This document shows, in pieces, positions 48,367-58,441 of a stretch of DNA of 64,000 bases. Source of the DNA: Candidatus Hermodarchaeum yapensis (lineage in GTDB: Archaea > Asgardarchaeota > Hermodarchaeia > Hermodarchaeales > Hermodarchaeaceae); assembly GCA_016840405.1 (NCBI GenBank), contig JAEOSK010000005.1:1-64000 (forward strand), read 5' to 3'. Numbering within the stretch: position 1 is the stretch's first letter; every line of letters starts with the position of its first letter. The notes beneath the pieces were generated by a model. That model made no database searches, had not been told where the DNA came from, and saw only the letters and a program-made list of their open reading frames with translations. The position numbers were made by a program, and so were the translations under genes.

Positions 48367-49563
48367 TCAGATGATGTTGAGTTCTTTCCCTACTTTATCA
48401 AAAGCGGTAATGGCCCCGTTTAAATCATCCTTTGTGAGTGCGGCATTCATCATTACTCGGATTCGAGCTGTGCCACGGGCAACCATAGGATATACAATGG
48501 GTAATGCAAATACACCCTCTTCGAAGAGACGGACGCTAAACTTCTGAGCTGCATCACTTTCTCCAATCATTACAGGAATGATTGGTGTTTCACTCATACC
48601 CGTGTTGAAGCCCAAGTCGCTCATAGCGCCAATGAAGTAGGCACGGTTCTTCCAGAGATTTTCTACATGTTTGGGTTCATTTTCAAGAATATCAATGGCA
48701 GCAATACATGCCGCTGCAACGGGTGGAGGGTGAGATCCACTAAGGAGCCAAGTTCGGGACTTATTGTAGGCAAATTTTCGGAGGTACTCACTTCCGGAAA
48801 CGTGACCTCCAACCACACCAAATGCTTTGGAGAATGTGCCCATTTCGACGTGAACATCTTTATGGGTTAGCTTGAAGTGGGAGACTATCCCTCGACCACC
48901 TTCACCGAGGACCGCTTCGCCGTGGGCATCATCGACATAAATCATTGCACCGTGGGGTTTGCAGATTTTGACAATCTGGTCAAGGGGAGCAATGTCCCCA
49001 TCCATGCTGAACACGCCGTCCGTGATGACGAGGATGCGTCGGTATTCCTTTTTCTTCGCCTCATCGAGAACCCGTCCTAAGTCCGGTGTATCAGCGTGTT
49101 TGAAGATAGCACGTTCGGCGCGGGTTAAGCGAACACCATCGATGATGGAACCGTGATTGAGTTCATCACTAATGATGAGATCTCCCTTACCCACTAGCTG
49201 GGGGATTAGACCAGCATTAGCGGCAAACCCGGTTTGATAGACCAGGCTAGCTTCCGCTCCTTTGAATTGTGCGAGACGGCGTTCGAGTTCTTCATGGAGA
49301 TCCATGTTGCCCGCGATGGGGCGGACGCTGCCACTGCCAACACCGTGAGTTTTGATGGCGTCGATGGCGGCTTGTTTGAGTTTGGGGTGGTTGCTTAAAC
49401 CGAGGTAATTGTTACTGCAGAGCATGATGACTTCCTTGTTGTCAACCATGGCTCTGGGAGAGCTGGGACCTTGGAGTTCGCGGAGCCTCCAGTCGAGGGC
49501 TTGTTTGACCAGCTCATTGTATTCGTCTTTGAGAAAAGCCGTTGGGTCACGTTTTGAAGACAT
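48367..49563 (-). CDS. kbl: 2-amino-3-ketobutyrate CoA ligase (glycine C-acetyltransferase)
   Basis: CSNNYLGL, SDELNHGSIIDG, TDGVFSMDG, DDAH, GTFSKA; tdh nearby. Confidence 0.88.
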   Translation of the reverse strand: MSSKRDPTAFLKDEYNELVKQALDWRLRELQGPSSPRAMVDNKEVIMLCSNNYLGLSNHPKLKQAAIDAIKTHGVGSGSVRPIAGNMDLHEELERRLAQFKGAEASLVYQTGFAANAGLIPQLVGKGDLIISDELNHGSIIDGVRLTRAERAIFKHADTPDLGRVLDEAKKKEYRRILVITDGVFSMDGDIAPLDQIVKICKPHGAMIYVDDAHGEAVLGEGGRGIVSHFKLTHKDVHVEMGTFSKAFGVVGGHVSGSEYLRKFAYNKSRTWLLSGSHPPPVAAACIAAIDILENEPKHVENLWKNRAYFIGAMSDLGFNTGMSETPIIPVMIGESDAAQKFSVRLFEEGVFALPIVYPMVARGTARIRVMMNAALTKDDLNGAITAFDKVGKELNII

Positions 49564-49653
49564 AAGGGACTCACCTTTGCCTGCATTCAGACGTTGGAGC
49601 TTTTAAATGGTTTCCGAATTCGAAGAACGGGGGTGGTCAAGAGTAAACCCTGT

Positions 49654-49693
49654 ATCGCAGAAATGAATCCAAACTTTTTAAAAATCGCAGAAA
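49654..49693 (+). repeat. Direct repeat ATCGCAGAAA x2 (30-bp period) around palindrome TTTTTAAAAA
   Basis: Copies at 49654-63 and 49684-93 in the divergent kbl/paralog intergenic region. Confidence 0.55.
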
Positions 49694-49764
49694 ATCGAAC
49701 CATTCAGTTACCATGTATTAATATTCGCGATTACAAGTAATTTGAAGCGCGGAGATGGTTTCAT

Positions 49765-50151
49765 TTGCCGACTGACCGAATCACTATTGTGCTGTATGTA
49801 CGATCTTTCACGGCTTCAATGAGAGCTATGACTGATAGAGGTGCTGGGTCATTTTCTTGTGTTTCGGAATCTTCTCATGGTGCGCGGTCTCAATGGGATT
49901 CTAGTAAAAGTGAGATAGCGGGATCAGCAGGGAAGTTTCTCTCTGAGGCCGATAGGAATGCCACGAGTATTGCCATTAGAGTTGCTGAACAAGCAGAGAT
50001 CGATATGAAAGTCATGGATGCGGGCAGAAGTTTATGGACTCGAATGAAATACCTATTCAAGGGTATCCTTCGAACACCACGATTTTATGTGGATGACAAA
50101 GCGGTCCCAAAAGTCAGCAGTGTTGATTATCTGCTAGCACATATTCAATAG
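49765..50151 (+). CDS. Hypothetical thioredoxin/glutaredoxin-fold-like protein, paralog 1
   Basis: IVLYVRS strand, long insert, helix, strand VMD, GILRTP (cis-Pro-like) then FYVD; no CxxC. Confidence 0.65.
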   Translation: MPTDRITIVLYVRSFTASMRAMTDRGAGSFSCVSESSHGARSQWDSSKSEIAGSAGKFLSEADRNATSIAIRVAEQAEIDMKVMDAGRSLWTRMKYLFKGILRTPRFYVDDKAVPKVSSVDYLLAHIQ

Positions 50152-50152
50152 A

Positions 50153-50536
50153 GTGGTGGTGTCTTTACTGACGAATCGAATTAGTATCGTGTTGTATGTG
50201 CGATCCTTTAAGGCGTCGATGGGAACGATGATTGACAGAGAAACAGCTCATTTTTCCTGCCATTGTGTCCGCTCTCATTGGGAAGCCCTCAAAAACGAAG
50301 CAGCAGGTTCTGCAGGCAAATTCCATTCGGAAGCAGACAGGAAGGCTTTGCAAATTGCGGACCGTGTTTCATCGCAGGCAGAATGTGATATTGAAATCAT
50401 TGATGTGGGCAGAAGTTTATGGACCCGAATGAAATACCTATTCAAGGGCATACTACGAACCCCCCGTTTCTTCGTTTCGGGAAAACCAATCCCATCAGTT
50501 AGCAGTGCTGATCAATTACTTACTCAAATCCGATAA
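50153..50536 (+). CDS. Hypothetical thioredoxin/glutaredoxin-fold-like protein, paralog 2
   Basis: Clear tandem paralog sharing IVLYVRSF, AGSAGKF and GRSLWTRMKYLFKGILRTPRF. Confidence 0.65.
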   Translation: MVVSLLTNRISIVLYVRSFKASMGTMIDRETAHFSCHCVRSHWEALKNEAAGSAGKFHSEADRKALQIADRVSSQAECDIEIIDVGRSLWTRMKYLFKGILRTPRFFVSGKPIPSVSSADQLLTQIR

Positions 50537-50684
50537 ACCCACATCAACCATTGCTTATCAGCCAGAGACAATTTGACATATTGCCATGCTCCTTGATAGA
50601 AAGGAAAACACGAGGATTTACTTTAACGCAAGCTTCTAAACACAAGGCTTTAGACAACAAAGGCAACTTCATTCTAGGACGAGT

Positions 50685-51491
50685 ATGAGTGACCCAGCGG
50701 GACAACAGCCTGAGCGAATTGGCTTCGGTCGGGTTGCCGAAGACTATGAAACCACCAGAGGAATACCAGACCATTTTATGAAAGAATTACTCGAAGACAT
50801 CATCTCGACTTGTGGATTGACAGCTAACACTCTTGTGCTAGATTTGGGATGCGGAGCAGGACGATTCTTACGCGAGCTCACATGTCGAAAAATCCCGGCA
50901 GTAGGTATTGATATCTCAAAGGGAATGCTAGAGAAGGCTTGTCTCAATCAACAATCAAGAATATTTCTCCACTCATACTTTGTCTCAGGTGATGCTGTGG
51001 CTTTACCTTTTCAACAGGGTTTATTCACAGGAATTCTTGCCATTCATTTATTTCACCTTTTATCCGATTGGCAGGAAGCCCTCTCTGAAACATTACGTGT
51101 GCTCAAACCTGGTGGTACACTCCTTACAGGATATGTTGAAGGAGTAACTCATGGATCGTTCCTTACTCGATTATATCGTCGACGACGAGTAGAACTGGGA
51201 TATGTATACGAACATCCAGGAGTACATCCGAGTGAAATCATTGCATCACTCCGAGATGAAGGTGCAACAATAGAAACTCATCAATTTAGCACCTCTATTG
51301 GTGTTCCAGTCCGTCAAACCTTGACTTTTCTTGATCAGCGTGTTTTTTCATCCATGTGGCGAAACCTCCCGGATGTAGTTCATCGACAAATTATGCAGGA
51401 AGTCCGTGCTAGTGCCACCAGTCAGTTCAAGAATCTAGAAGATACAGAGCATGTGCGAATTCATGCCGATTTGCAATTTGTATCGTTTTGA
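50685..51491 (+). CDS. Class I SAM-dependent methyltransferase
   Basis: VLDLGCGAG, GIDIS..ML, GDA..LPF, RVLKPGG. Confidence 0.92.
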   Translation: MSDPAGQQPERIGFGRVAEDYETTRGIPDHFMKELLEDIISTCGLTANTLVLDLGCGAGRFLRELTCRKIPAVGIDISKGMLEKACLNQQSRIFLHSYFVSGDAVALPFQQGLFTGILAIHLFHLLSDWQEALSETLRVLKPGGTLLTGYVEGVTHGSFLTRLYRRRRVELGYVYEHPGVHPSEIIASLRDEGATIETHQFSTSIGVPVRQTLTFLDQRVFSSMWRNLPDVVHRQIMQEVRASATSQFKNLEDTEHVRIHADLQFVSF

Positions 51492-51506
51492 TGAAATTTG
51501 TAAGGG

Positions 51507-52580
51507 TTACCAGTCAGGTGTCAATCCAACTTTTGCAGCTTGTTTAGATAGTATCAGGTCAAAGCCTTTCTCAAGCTCTCGCATGGTGAGGCGGTGTGTG
51601 ACAACCTTGCGGACTTTTTCTCGAAGTTGAGGTCGTCGTAGTAATCCCCGCAATTGGAACCAGGTTCGAAACATTAGTCGACCACTAATACCATAGACAG
51701 TTGCAGCTTTGAAGATCATGAGACGATTTAGATCAACTTCGAAGGGTTTGGGAAACACGCCTAAAAGACTCACCCGCCCACCAATTGTTAGTGTTTCGAA
51801 GGCTGTTACAAGCCCATCAGGGTGACCGCTCATTTCCACGGCAACATCAACACCGTTGCCATCAGTAGCTTCATGAATGTGTTTCACAATGGCTTCTCGT
51901 CCCATTTCTCGGGCACTAAACACCTCATCGGCACCCATGGCTTTTGCTAGCTCCATTCTAGTTTTATTCCGTCCACCCGCCGTGGCAAAGACTTTGTCAG
52001 CACCCAATTCCTTTGCAACAGCTACTGCCATTAATCCAATGGGCCCCATTCCAATAACCGCAACATTTCGTCCTGCAATATCTTCAACGTGGTTGATAGG
52101 TAGAAGCGTTTGAACTGCATTACCTAAAGGTTCTTGAATTGCCCCAATAATTGGGTCAAGGGTAGCATCATTTTTCCATGCATTATGAGCTGGGACGGAT
52201 ACATACTCTGCGAAGACGCCATCACGGTCTACACCAAGAATAGTCATATTTTGGCAAACATGTTCCCGTCCAGTGAGGCATTGTAGACAATTCTGGTCAA
52301 CGATATGGGTTTCTGCTGAAACCATATCACCCACCGCGATATGATCAACATCTTTACCCACTTCAACGACTTTGCCAGACATTTCATGGCCAACGATTAA
52401 TGGCGGTTTGATGCGATTTGCCGCCCAAGCATCCCATTCATAGATATGGACGTCAGTCCCACAAATAGCAGCGCCTTTCACCTCAACGAGGACATCGGTC
52501 TCACCGATTGTTGGCGTATCGACCGAACCGCGTTCTACACCAGGACCAGGTTTCTTCTTCAAGAATGCTTCCATTGTCAC
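51507..52580 (-). CDS. tdh: L-threonine 3-dehydrogenase
   Basis: AICGTDVHIYEWD.WA, GHE, VSAETHI, QEPLGNAV, GISGR.MF.TW. Confidence 0.9.
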   Translation of the reverse strand: MTMEAFLKKKPGPGVERGSVDTPTIGETDVLVEVKGAAICGTDVHIYEWDAWAANRIKPPLIVGHEMSGKVVEVGKDVDHIAVGDMVSAETHIVDQNCLQCLTGREHVCQNMTILGVDRDGVFAEYVSVPAHNAWKNDATLDPIIGAIQEPLGNAVQTLLPINHVEDIAGRNVAVIGMGPIGLMAVAVAKELGADKVFATAGGRNKTRMELAKAMGADEVFSAREMGREAIVKHIHEATDGNGVDVAVEMSGHPDGLVTAFETLTIGGRVSLLGVFPKPFEVDLNRLMIFKAATVYGISGRLMFRTWFQLRGLLRRPQLREKVRKVVTHRLTMRELEKGFDLILSKQAAKVGLTPDW

Positions 52581-52681
52581 CAGCTTCTTTGACCGCTAAG
52601 ACTGGTTTTTCGTTTAATCTGGAGTGCTATTTGTTTCTTTGCATTGGTTCAAATCGCGAAAAATTGTTGAAAAAAGAGTGT

Positions 52682-53230
52682 CTAGCGTCTGATGCTTAAT
52701 TCCACACCGTCATCATCGATGAGGATGAACCGACTAGTGTACAACCCAGATTCACGTACATGGTTGAGGTAATCTTGCATCTGATCTTCTCGTCTTCTCA
52801 CATTATCAGCAACAATCATGCTTCCCCGAAATAGATTCGGTTCAAGAGCCTTCAAATACGCATAGTATTGGGTTTTAAGGGCATCAATAAACACGAAGTC
52901 ATATTCATCTTTCAAAGTGGGAATAATCTCTAACGCATCTCCCACTAAGACTTCGATGGTGGGTTCAAGATTTGCCCGTTTGAGGTTTTCTTTAGCTTGT
53001 TCAGCGTATTCAGGGTTGATTTCAATTGTCGTAATCCGGGCACGTGGGGGGAGTTCTTTAGCCATTAGAATGGTGGAATATCCAACATTGGTGCCAATTT
53101 CAAGAATTCGTTGAGGATGGAATTCACTGGCGATTCGAACGAGGATATGTCCTCGTTTGGGTCCGATGATGTAGTGGTTATTCGAGGCTTCAATTTCTCG
53201 AAGAACCAGTTCAGCTTCAGCTGTACCCAC
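52682..53230 (-). CDS. O-methyltransferase (Methyltransf_3-like)
   Basis: ILEIGTNVGYS, GDALE, DFVFIDA.K, IVADN. Confidence 0.9.
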   Translation of the reverse strand: MGTAEAELVLREIEASNNHYIIGPKRGHILVRIASEFHPQRILEIGTNVGYSTILMAKELPPRARITTIEINPEYAEQAKENLKRANLEPTIEVLVGDALEIIPTLKDEYDFVFIDALKTQYYAYLKALEPNLFRGSMIVADNVRRREDQMQDYLNHVRESGLYTSRFILIDDDGVELSIRR

Positions 53231-53277
53231 GATTCAAACCCCAGTTATTCTAGAACTCGCCTTTCCTAAAATGGGCT

Positions 53278-53940
53278 TTAATCTTTCCGTGATTCAATCT
53301 CCGACCGTTTGACCATTGAGATTGCTTCAACCGGGCAGGTACTTACGCACACACCACAGCCAAAGCACTTCGAAGGCTCATAATTGAGTGTCCCATTTTC
53401 CATGCTGCGAGCGTTAAAGTGACACCGATCAACACAAGCACCACAATGAATGCAATCATCTTCATTTTGGAAGGCAACATGGTCAGATTCAACCACTAAT
53501 TCTGGAAAATCAAATCGCATTAGGCCCGCCAGAGAGTGACAACAGCAGGCGCAGCAGCTACAAATGATAAATGGCTCAGCTTCCCCTTTATCAGTATAGG
53601 ACATGTGAACGAGTCCCGCATCATGAGATTGTTTAAGAGCAAATAAAGCCTCATTCAGTGTAACTTTACGCCCCTTACCTTTTGAAATCATTATTTCAGC
53701 CTCTTTATCAATACCGAGGCACACATCTATCGGTCCATCACACGCCTGAACCTTGTTTCGACAAATACAATCTCCTAAAGAGATGAGATTTGCCTTCTTG
53801 AGAATAGCTTCTGCCTGATTGAAATCAAAAATCCGGTTGGTTCCCTCCATCTTAATCTCGACGGGAAGAGTTACAGCTGTCATTTGGCCAACGTAGTCGC
53901 GTTGTAGTTCTTCGCGTGTCCAATCTCTTTTCTCGGGCAT
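53278..53940 (-). CDS. 4Fe-4S binding protein
   Basis: CICR, GLVH, ICSCCACCC and C-terminal 2x[4Fe-4S] motifs. Confidence 0.85.
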   Translation of the reverse strand: MPEKRDWTREELQRDYVGQMTAVTLPVEIKMEGTNRIFDFNQAEAILKKANLISLGDCICRNKVQACDGPIDVCLGIDKEAEIMISKGKGRKVTLNEALFALKQSHDAGLVHMSYTDKGEAEPFIICSCCACCCHSLAGLMRFDFPELVVESDHVAFQNEDDCIHCGACVDRCHFNARSMENGTLNYEPSKCFGCGVCVSTCPVEAISMVKRSEIESRKD

Positions 53941-54053
53941 GACTCAACTTCACCCGTGGAGAACCACATTGTGTCTGGCTTATTAATTCAACGCCGTCAC
54001 CTGATGTAAAAAGTCTTAAGGACTTTATCTTTTCAATCTGTAACTTAGAGAAT

Positions 54054-54671
54054 GTGAGAACAATGAACGCATTTCAGATTTTAGCAATTTGTGGAATGCT
54101 TAGTCCAATCCTGTATACTGTAATGTGGATTCTTGGTGGTGTGCTTCGACCAGAATACAGTCATATTCGAGATGACATAAGCTCATTACTTTCAGTTGGA
54201 GCTCCCAAGAAACGAGTATTTGATGTGTTCCTCATTCTTTCGAGTACCTTATTGTTTGTATTTTATCTTGGATTACTGTGGGGGATCAACAATGGACAGA
54301 TTCCAATTGTGGGACCCATTTTATTCATAATCAGCGGGTTTATGGGCGTCCTTGTAGCGTTCTTTTTCCCCCTTGATGCAGGGGGTGAAATCATAACATA
54401 CCGGGGAAAAATGCATCTGATTCTTGTGTTTACATCAGGATTGTTAACATTTGCCGGGATGGTAGCACTTTGGTTTGGATTAGCAGGAGTAGGAGAATGG
54501 AGTGCCTTTGCCACATTTTCACTCATTTCAGCGATCGTTGCATTGGTTCTTATGATCATCTCCGGGATTTTCATGAAAAGTAAGTACAGGGGCCTACTCG
54601 AAAGATTCGGAGTGAGTGCCTTTATGATCTACTATTTTGTCCTTGCCCTGATGGTATTTCTGACAAATTGA
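54054..54671 (+). CDS. DUF998 membrane protein
   Basis: PEYSH....ISSL...GAP, FP.D, GKMH, GLLER; multiple TM. Confidence 0.8.
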   Translation: MRTMNAFQILAICGMLSPILYTVMWILGGVLRPEYSHIRDDISSLLSVGAPKKRVFDVFLILSSTLLFVFYLGLLWGINNGQIPIVGPILFIISGFMGVLVAFFFPLDAGGEIITYRGKMHLILVFTSGLLTFAGMVALWFGLAGVGEWSAFATFSLISAIVALVLMIISGIFMKSKYRGLLERFGVSAFMIYYFVLALMVFLTN

Positions 54672-54721
54672 TGTGACTACTTCTTTTATTTAGGAAGGTC
54701 GTAATTACAAAGCCGAGAAGA

Positions 54722-55114
54722 GTGTTGATTATGTTTGTACGGAACCTAAACGACTGCAAGGTCATCACCGCAATTGATGGAACCATTCTCCGGGAATTAC
54801 TTAATCCCCTTCGTGACGGTACTGATTTGAAACTCCGTTACAGCATCGCCCACGCCAGTATTCCAGTAGGTGAAGCCTCCTTTCCCCATCGATTGACAAA
54901 AGCTTCGGAAGTCTACTATATCCTACAAGGTAAGGGTGTGATGCATATTGATGGAGAAACCCACGAAGTTCATTCCGGCTCTTTGATTTATGTTCCACCG
55001 ATGGCAACACAGCACCTTGAGAACACTGGGGAGGAGCTTATCACATTTCTTTGCATCGTTGATCCCTATTGGCAACCCGAAGATGAAGAACTAGTAGGCG
55101 ACCAATACGAATGA
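54722..55114 (+). CDS. Cupin domain protein
   Basis: PH.L..SEVYYILQGKG, IYVPP...H.EN.G. Confidence 0.9.
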   Translation: MLIMFVRNLNDCKVITAIDGTILRELLNPLRDGTDLKLRYSIAHASIPVGEASFPHRLTKASEVYYILQGKGVMHIDGETHEVHSGSLIYVPPMATQHLENTGEELITFLCIVDPYWQPEDEELVGDQYE

Positions 55115-55183
55115 TGCTCTTTGCCGAAGCCCAAACGGTTTTATCTTTCCTATCACCCATTCTATCACGGGAGTGGAATAGGT

Positions 55184-56056
55184 TTGAAATGCGCTGTTCA
55201 TAATGATCTCGAAGCGATTGCTGTATGCCAATCCTGTGGCAACGCACTCTGTCCTGATTGTCGAATCACTATAGCAGGGATTGCATATTGTCAATCCTGT
55301 CTTGATGCAGGACGCATTCGTCGACCTGCCCATATTGCTGCAGAATCTGAAGACCACATGCCAACCCCCCTAGGCAATGTCACTTCAACAAGTCGTCGGA
55401 ACTTAATGATCGGATTCTTTGGCATGATTCTCATTGCGATATTCATCCATGCTCAATGGATATTCCCATTAAGCTATTATCCACCTCTCGGAGCTCAAAC
55501 TCACATACTAAATGTTTGCCGAACCGTTGGGACCGTTCTGGTGGCCGTAGGAATAGGCCTCAGTGCTTTTGCCTGGAATGAATTCAAGTATTATTTCAGC
55601 TTTCGTTGGGCATTCTTTATTGCATTGGTCACGCTCCTGACTCCGTGGTGGGGCGTTTTGGCAGAAATTCTCATCTTCTCAGGTTTAGTATTTGTCGAAA
55701 CAGGACCTTACGGCTTTTTGGGACCAGGTCCACTCGCCCCCGTTTTTAACAATCTAGTTATGGTAAGCAGTTTATGCTTAGGAATCCTAATGCTTCTGTG
55801 GGCAATTGTGCTCCTATACGTAAGAAAGAATTCTCGGGCTCCGAAACTTACCCTTGGATCGAGCATTATCTACATTATCCTAGCACATTTGGCACTCCTG
55901 ACACTTGGCCTTTTCCTTCCTTCTCTCATCTTTTATCCATCTTTTGGCATTATATATGGAATTTATGCCATTATTCCTGCAATCATTATTGAGGCAGGAG
56001 TCATTCTAAATGCTGTATTCTTCTACCGTTTAGCCGCTAGCCTCAAACCCTACTAG
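55184..56056 (+). CDS. B-box-like zinc finger fused to multi-pass membrane domain
   Basis: CAVH...CQSC...LCPDC...YCQSC then ~6 TM; TTG start at 55184. Confidence 0.75.
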   Translation: MKCAVHNDLEAIAVCQSCGNALCPDCRITIAGIAYCQSCLDAGRIRRPAHIAAESEDHMPTPLGNVTSTSRRNLMIGFFGMILIAIFIHAQWIFPLSYYPPLGAQTHILNVCRTVGTVLVAVGIGLSAFAWNEFKYYFSFRWAFFIALVTLLTPWWGVLAEILIFSGLVFVETGPYGFLGPGPLAPVFNNLVMVSSLCLGILMLLWAIVLLYVRKNSRAPKLTLGSSIIYIILAHLALLTLGLFLPSLIFYPSFGIIYGIYAIIPAIIIEAGVILNAVFFYRLAASLKPY

Positions 56057-56146
56057 TGATCAATATCTTATTGAAGAATTAGTTCCCCTACTTGCTGCGT
56101 TCATCCGATGAGGGGAAAGATTATTTCATCTAAGGAGGGCTTGTGA

Positions 56147-57316
56147 GTGGAAGGATGTTCAGTGACACCATCACCTGATAAGTCTCGTCGCATTGGTTTT
56201 CTAATTAATCCAATCGCTGGAATGGGTGGTCGAGTTGGATTAAAGGGGACAGATGGTGTTGTGGAGAAGGCACAACAGCTAGGTGCACAGCCCGTTTCAC
56301 CAGACCGTGCAGTACAGTTCTTGAGGGCATTTCTAAGATTGCATTTTAATGGTAGTGAGTTGGAGTGGGTTACATGTCCTGAGCCAATGGGAGCGAGGGT
56401 GCTGCTTGAGGCGGGGATTACACCTGAAGTGGTGCCCATGGAGTTGGATACTGAAACGCAGGCAGAGGATACGCGAAGAGGAATAGAGTTGTTTTGTGAA
56501 CGGGAGGTTGAACTCATTGTCTTCGTGGGTGGAGATGGAACAGCCAGGGATATTCTGGATGCGTTGGGTGAGTCGAAAAATGTGCTAGTTCTTGGTGTCC
56601 CTGCAGGCGTAAAGATGTATAGCGGGATTTTCGCCGTATCCCCGGAAGCTGCAGCGGGTGTGGTGATTGATTGGCTAAAAGGAGAAACAACGGCGGAACC
56701 CTTTGAAATTATGGATGCCAATGAAGAAGCCATTCGAAGTGATCAGTTTGCAATTGAACTGTATGGATATCTCCATGGTCCTTTAGTTCCTACACGAATG
56801 CCAGGTGCGAAATTTACTTCGCCAACGACCGTCAATGAGCGGGAGAATCAGGAGGCAGTGGCCCGTACGATTATTGAAGACATGGTTGAAGGAGACACGT
56901 ACATTCTTGGACCAGGCTCGACTGTGCGAGCAGTCACTAAGCAATTGGGAATAGAGAAAACCTTGTTGGGTGTGGATCTCTATCAGAAGGGGAAGATCCA
57001 TTTGGATGTGAATGAGCAACAGCTGCTAGAGCTTGTTCCAGATTTCTTGCAGACTTGGATCATTGTGTCACCTATAGGAAATCAGGGGATACTATTCGGT
57101 CGTGGGAATCAACAAATAAGTCCAAATATCATCCGTCGTATTCCACCAGAGCAAATATTGGTCGTCGCCACACACAGTAAAATCGGAAGCTTAGCAGAAA
57201 GAGGTCTGCATGTGGATACGGGGGATTCTGATATCGACAAACTGCTAAGCGGATATATTCGGGTGCTAGTCGATTATCGAACCTGGCGAATGGTCAAGAT
57301 AACCAGAAACATATGA
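56147..57316 (+). CDS. ATP-NAD kinase family protein (AcoX-like)
   Basis: NPIAGMGGRVGLKGTDG, GGDGTARD, GVKMYS, GRGNQQ. Confidence 0.88.
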   Translation: MEGCSVTPSPDKSRRIGFLINPIAGMGGRVGLKGTDGVVEKAQQLGAQPVSPDRAVQFLRAFLRLHFNGSELEWVTCPEPMGARVLLEAGITPEVVPMELDTETQAEDTRRGIELFCEREVELIVFVGGDGTARDILDALGESKNVLVLGVPAGVKMYSGIFAVSPEAAAGVVIDWLKGETTAEPFEIMDANEEAIRSDQFAIELYGYLHGPLVPTRMPGAKFTSPTTVNERENQEAVARTIIEDMVEGDTYILGPGSTVRAVTKQLGIEKTLLGVDLYQKGKIHLDVNEQQLLELVPDFLQTWIIVSPIGNQGILFGRGNQQISPNIIRRIPPEQILVVATHSKIGSLAERGLHVDTGDSDIDKLLSGYIRVLVDYRTWRMVKITRNI

Positions 57317-57383
57317 CATCCAGGAAAACTTTTTTCACCGAATTCATCTACTTCAGAATATAAACCGAAGAAAGGCGATCAAT

Positions 57384-57752
57384 ATGCCTAAAGGTAAAAA
57401 GAAAAAACAGCCTAAAAACAAAGAACCGGCTCCAGAACCGAAAATTGAAGATCCGTCTACTGAAGAAAAAGCAGAATCTGAACCAGTAATGGTAGACATC
57501 GCCGCACTCCCGGTTTGGCAACTCATACCCCTCTTCATTAATATCCTGGAACGGGTCGCTTGGCAAAAAATGGGACTAGTTGTGAACCCCCAAACCCAAG
57601 AAATCGAAAAAGACCTACAGCAAGCACGAGTGGCTATTGATTCCTACACATCTCTCCTCGAGCATTTGGGGGACCATGTTGAACCGGATATGAAAACCGT
57701 ACTTAAGGCAAGGTTAACGGACTTAAAACTCAATTTTGCAAAACAGGCTTAA
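57384..57752 (+). CDS. DUF1844 family protein
   Basis: AWQKMGLVVNP...DLQQAR.AID...L..LKLNF. Confidence 0.8.
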   Translation: MPKGKKKKQPKNKEPAPEPKIEDPSTEEKAESEPVMVDIAALPVWQLIPLFINILERVAWQKMGLVVNPQTQEIEKDLQQARVAIDSYTSLLEHLGDHVEPDMKTVLKARLTDLKLNFAKQA

Positions 57753-57855
57753 CTCCCTTCTCAGCCTCCCACTCAAGAATTTAGGTGGATAGTCCTAAAG
57801 AAAACTCCTTCAGCCATTGAAGAGATTTTTCTTATTAGAACTTTGAACTAGACAG

Positions 57856-58305
57856 CTACTTAGCATCTTCTGGAAAGAGTTTCTTTCCTATTTTTGTATA
57901 TTCAACAATACCTAATTGTTTGAAAAAAGCCAAATCAGGAGTGGGGATGCGTCGTCCCTCTACGATTTTGCCATCAACTACGCGATAGATGTCAATAGCT
58001 TTACATTTTATCTTCTTGCCAGTAGGGGCTAGTCCAAGCCATTCGCCTTTATGAGTCCCTGTATAGGTAAAAAGAACCCACACCTTATCCCCTTCAGCAA
58101 TGATATCTTCAATAGTTTCATGAAAATCGGGGAAAGCTTTGTAAAACATGTTCATCATTTGTTTGAGGGCTTCCAGACCTTGCAGTTGAGGATAGTCTGG
58201 GTCAACATAATCTGGTGCAACAAAATTGTCTGCTAATTCCAAGTTTTGTTTGTTATAGACTTCAACATACCTACGAACAATCGCTTTATTCTCTTCCGAT
58301 GACAT
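57856..58305 (-). CDS. SnoaL-like ester cyclase family protein
   Basis: EENKAIVRR, AFPD, IAEGDKV, GTH.G...G..PTGK. Confidence 0.9.
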   Translation of the reverse strand: MSSEENKAIVRRYVEVYNKQNLELADNFVAPDYVDPDYPQLQGLEALKQMMNMFYKAFPDFHETIEDIIAEGDKVWVLFTYTGTHKGEWLGLAPTGKKIKCKAIDIYRVVDGKIVEGRRIPTPDLAFFKQLGIVEYTKIGKKLFPEDAK

Positions 58306-58441
58306 GAAGAATCACCTCTCCTTCATTCTCTTCATTAAACATTTAACCTTTTTTCACTAAATAGAGCTAATCTGTATAGAAGAACGGTTTAATAGTAAAG
58401 AATGGATACCTATTCTAACTGCGATATTGAGAGGATAACCT

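Noticed and set aside
48367-49563. BioF or serine palmitoyltransferase
   Set aside because: tdh lies ~2 kb away on the same strand and there are no bio genes; kbl is simpler
56101-56733. Long antisense/alternate-frame ORFs (also 2908-3411, 43446-43958, 25214-25777, 62738-63196 and similar)
   Set aside because: Shadows of well-supported genes on the opposite strand, with no motifs
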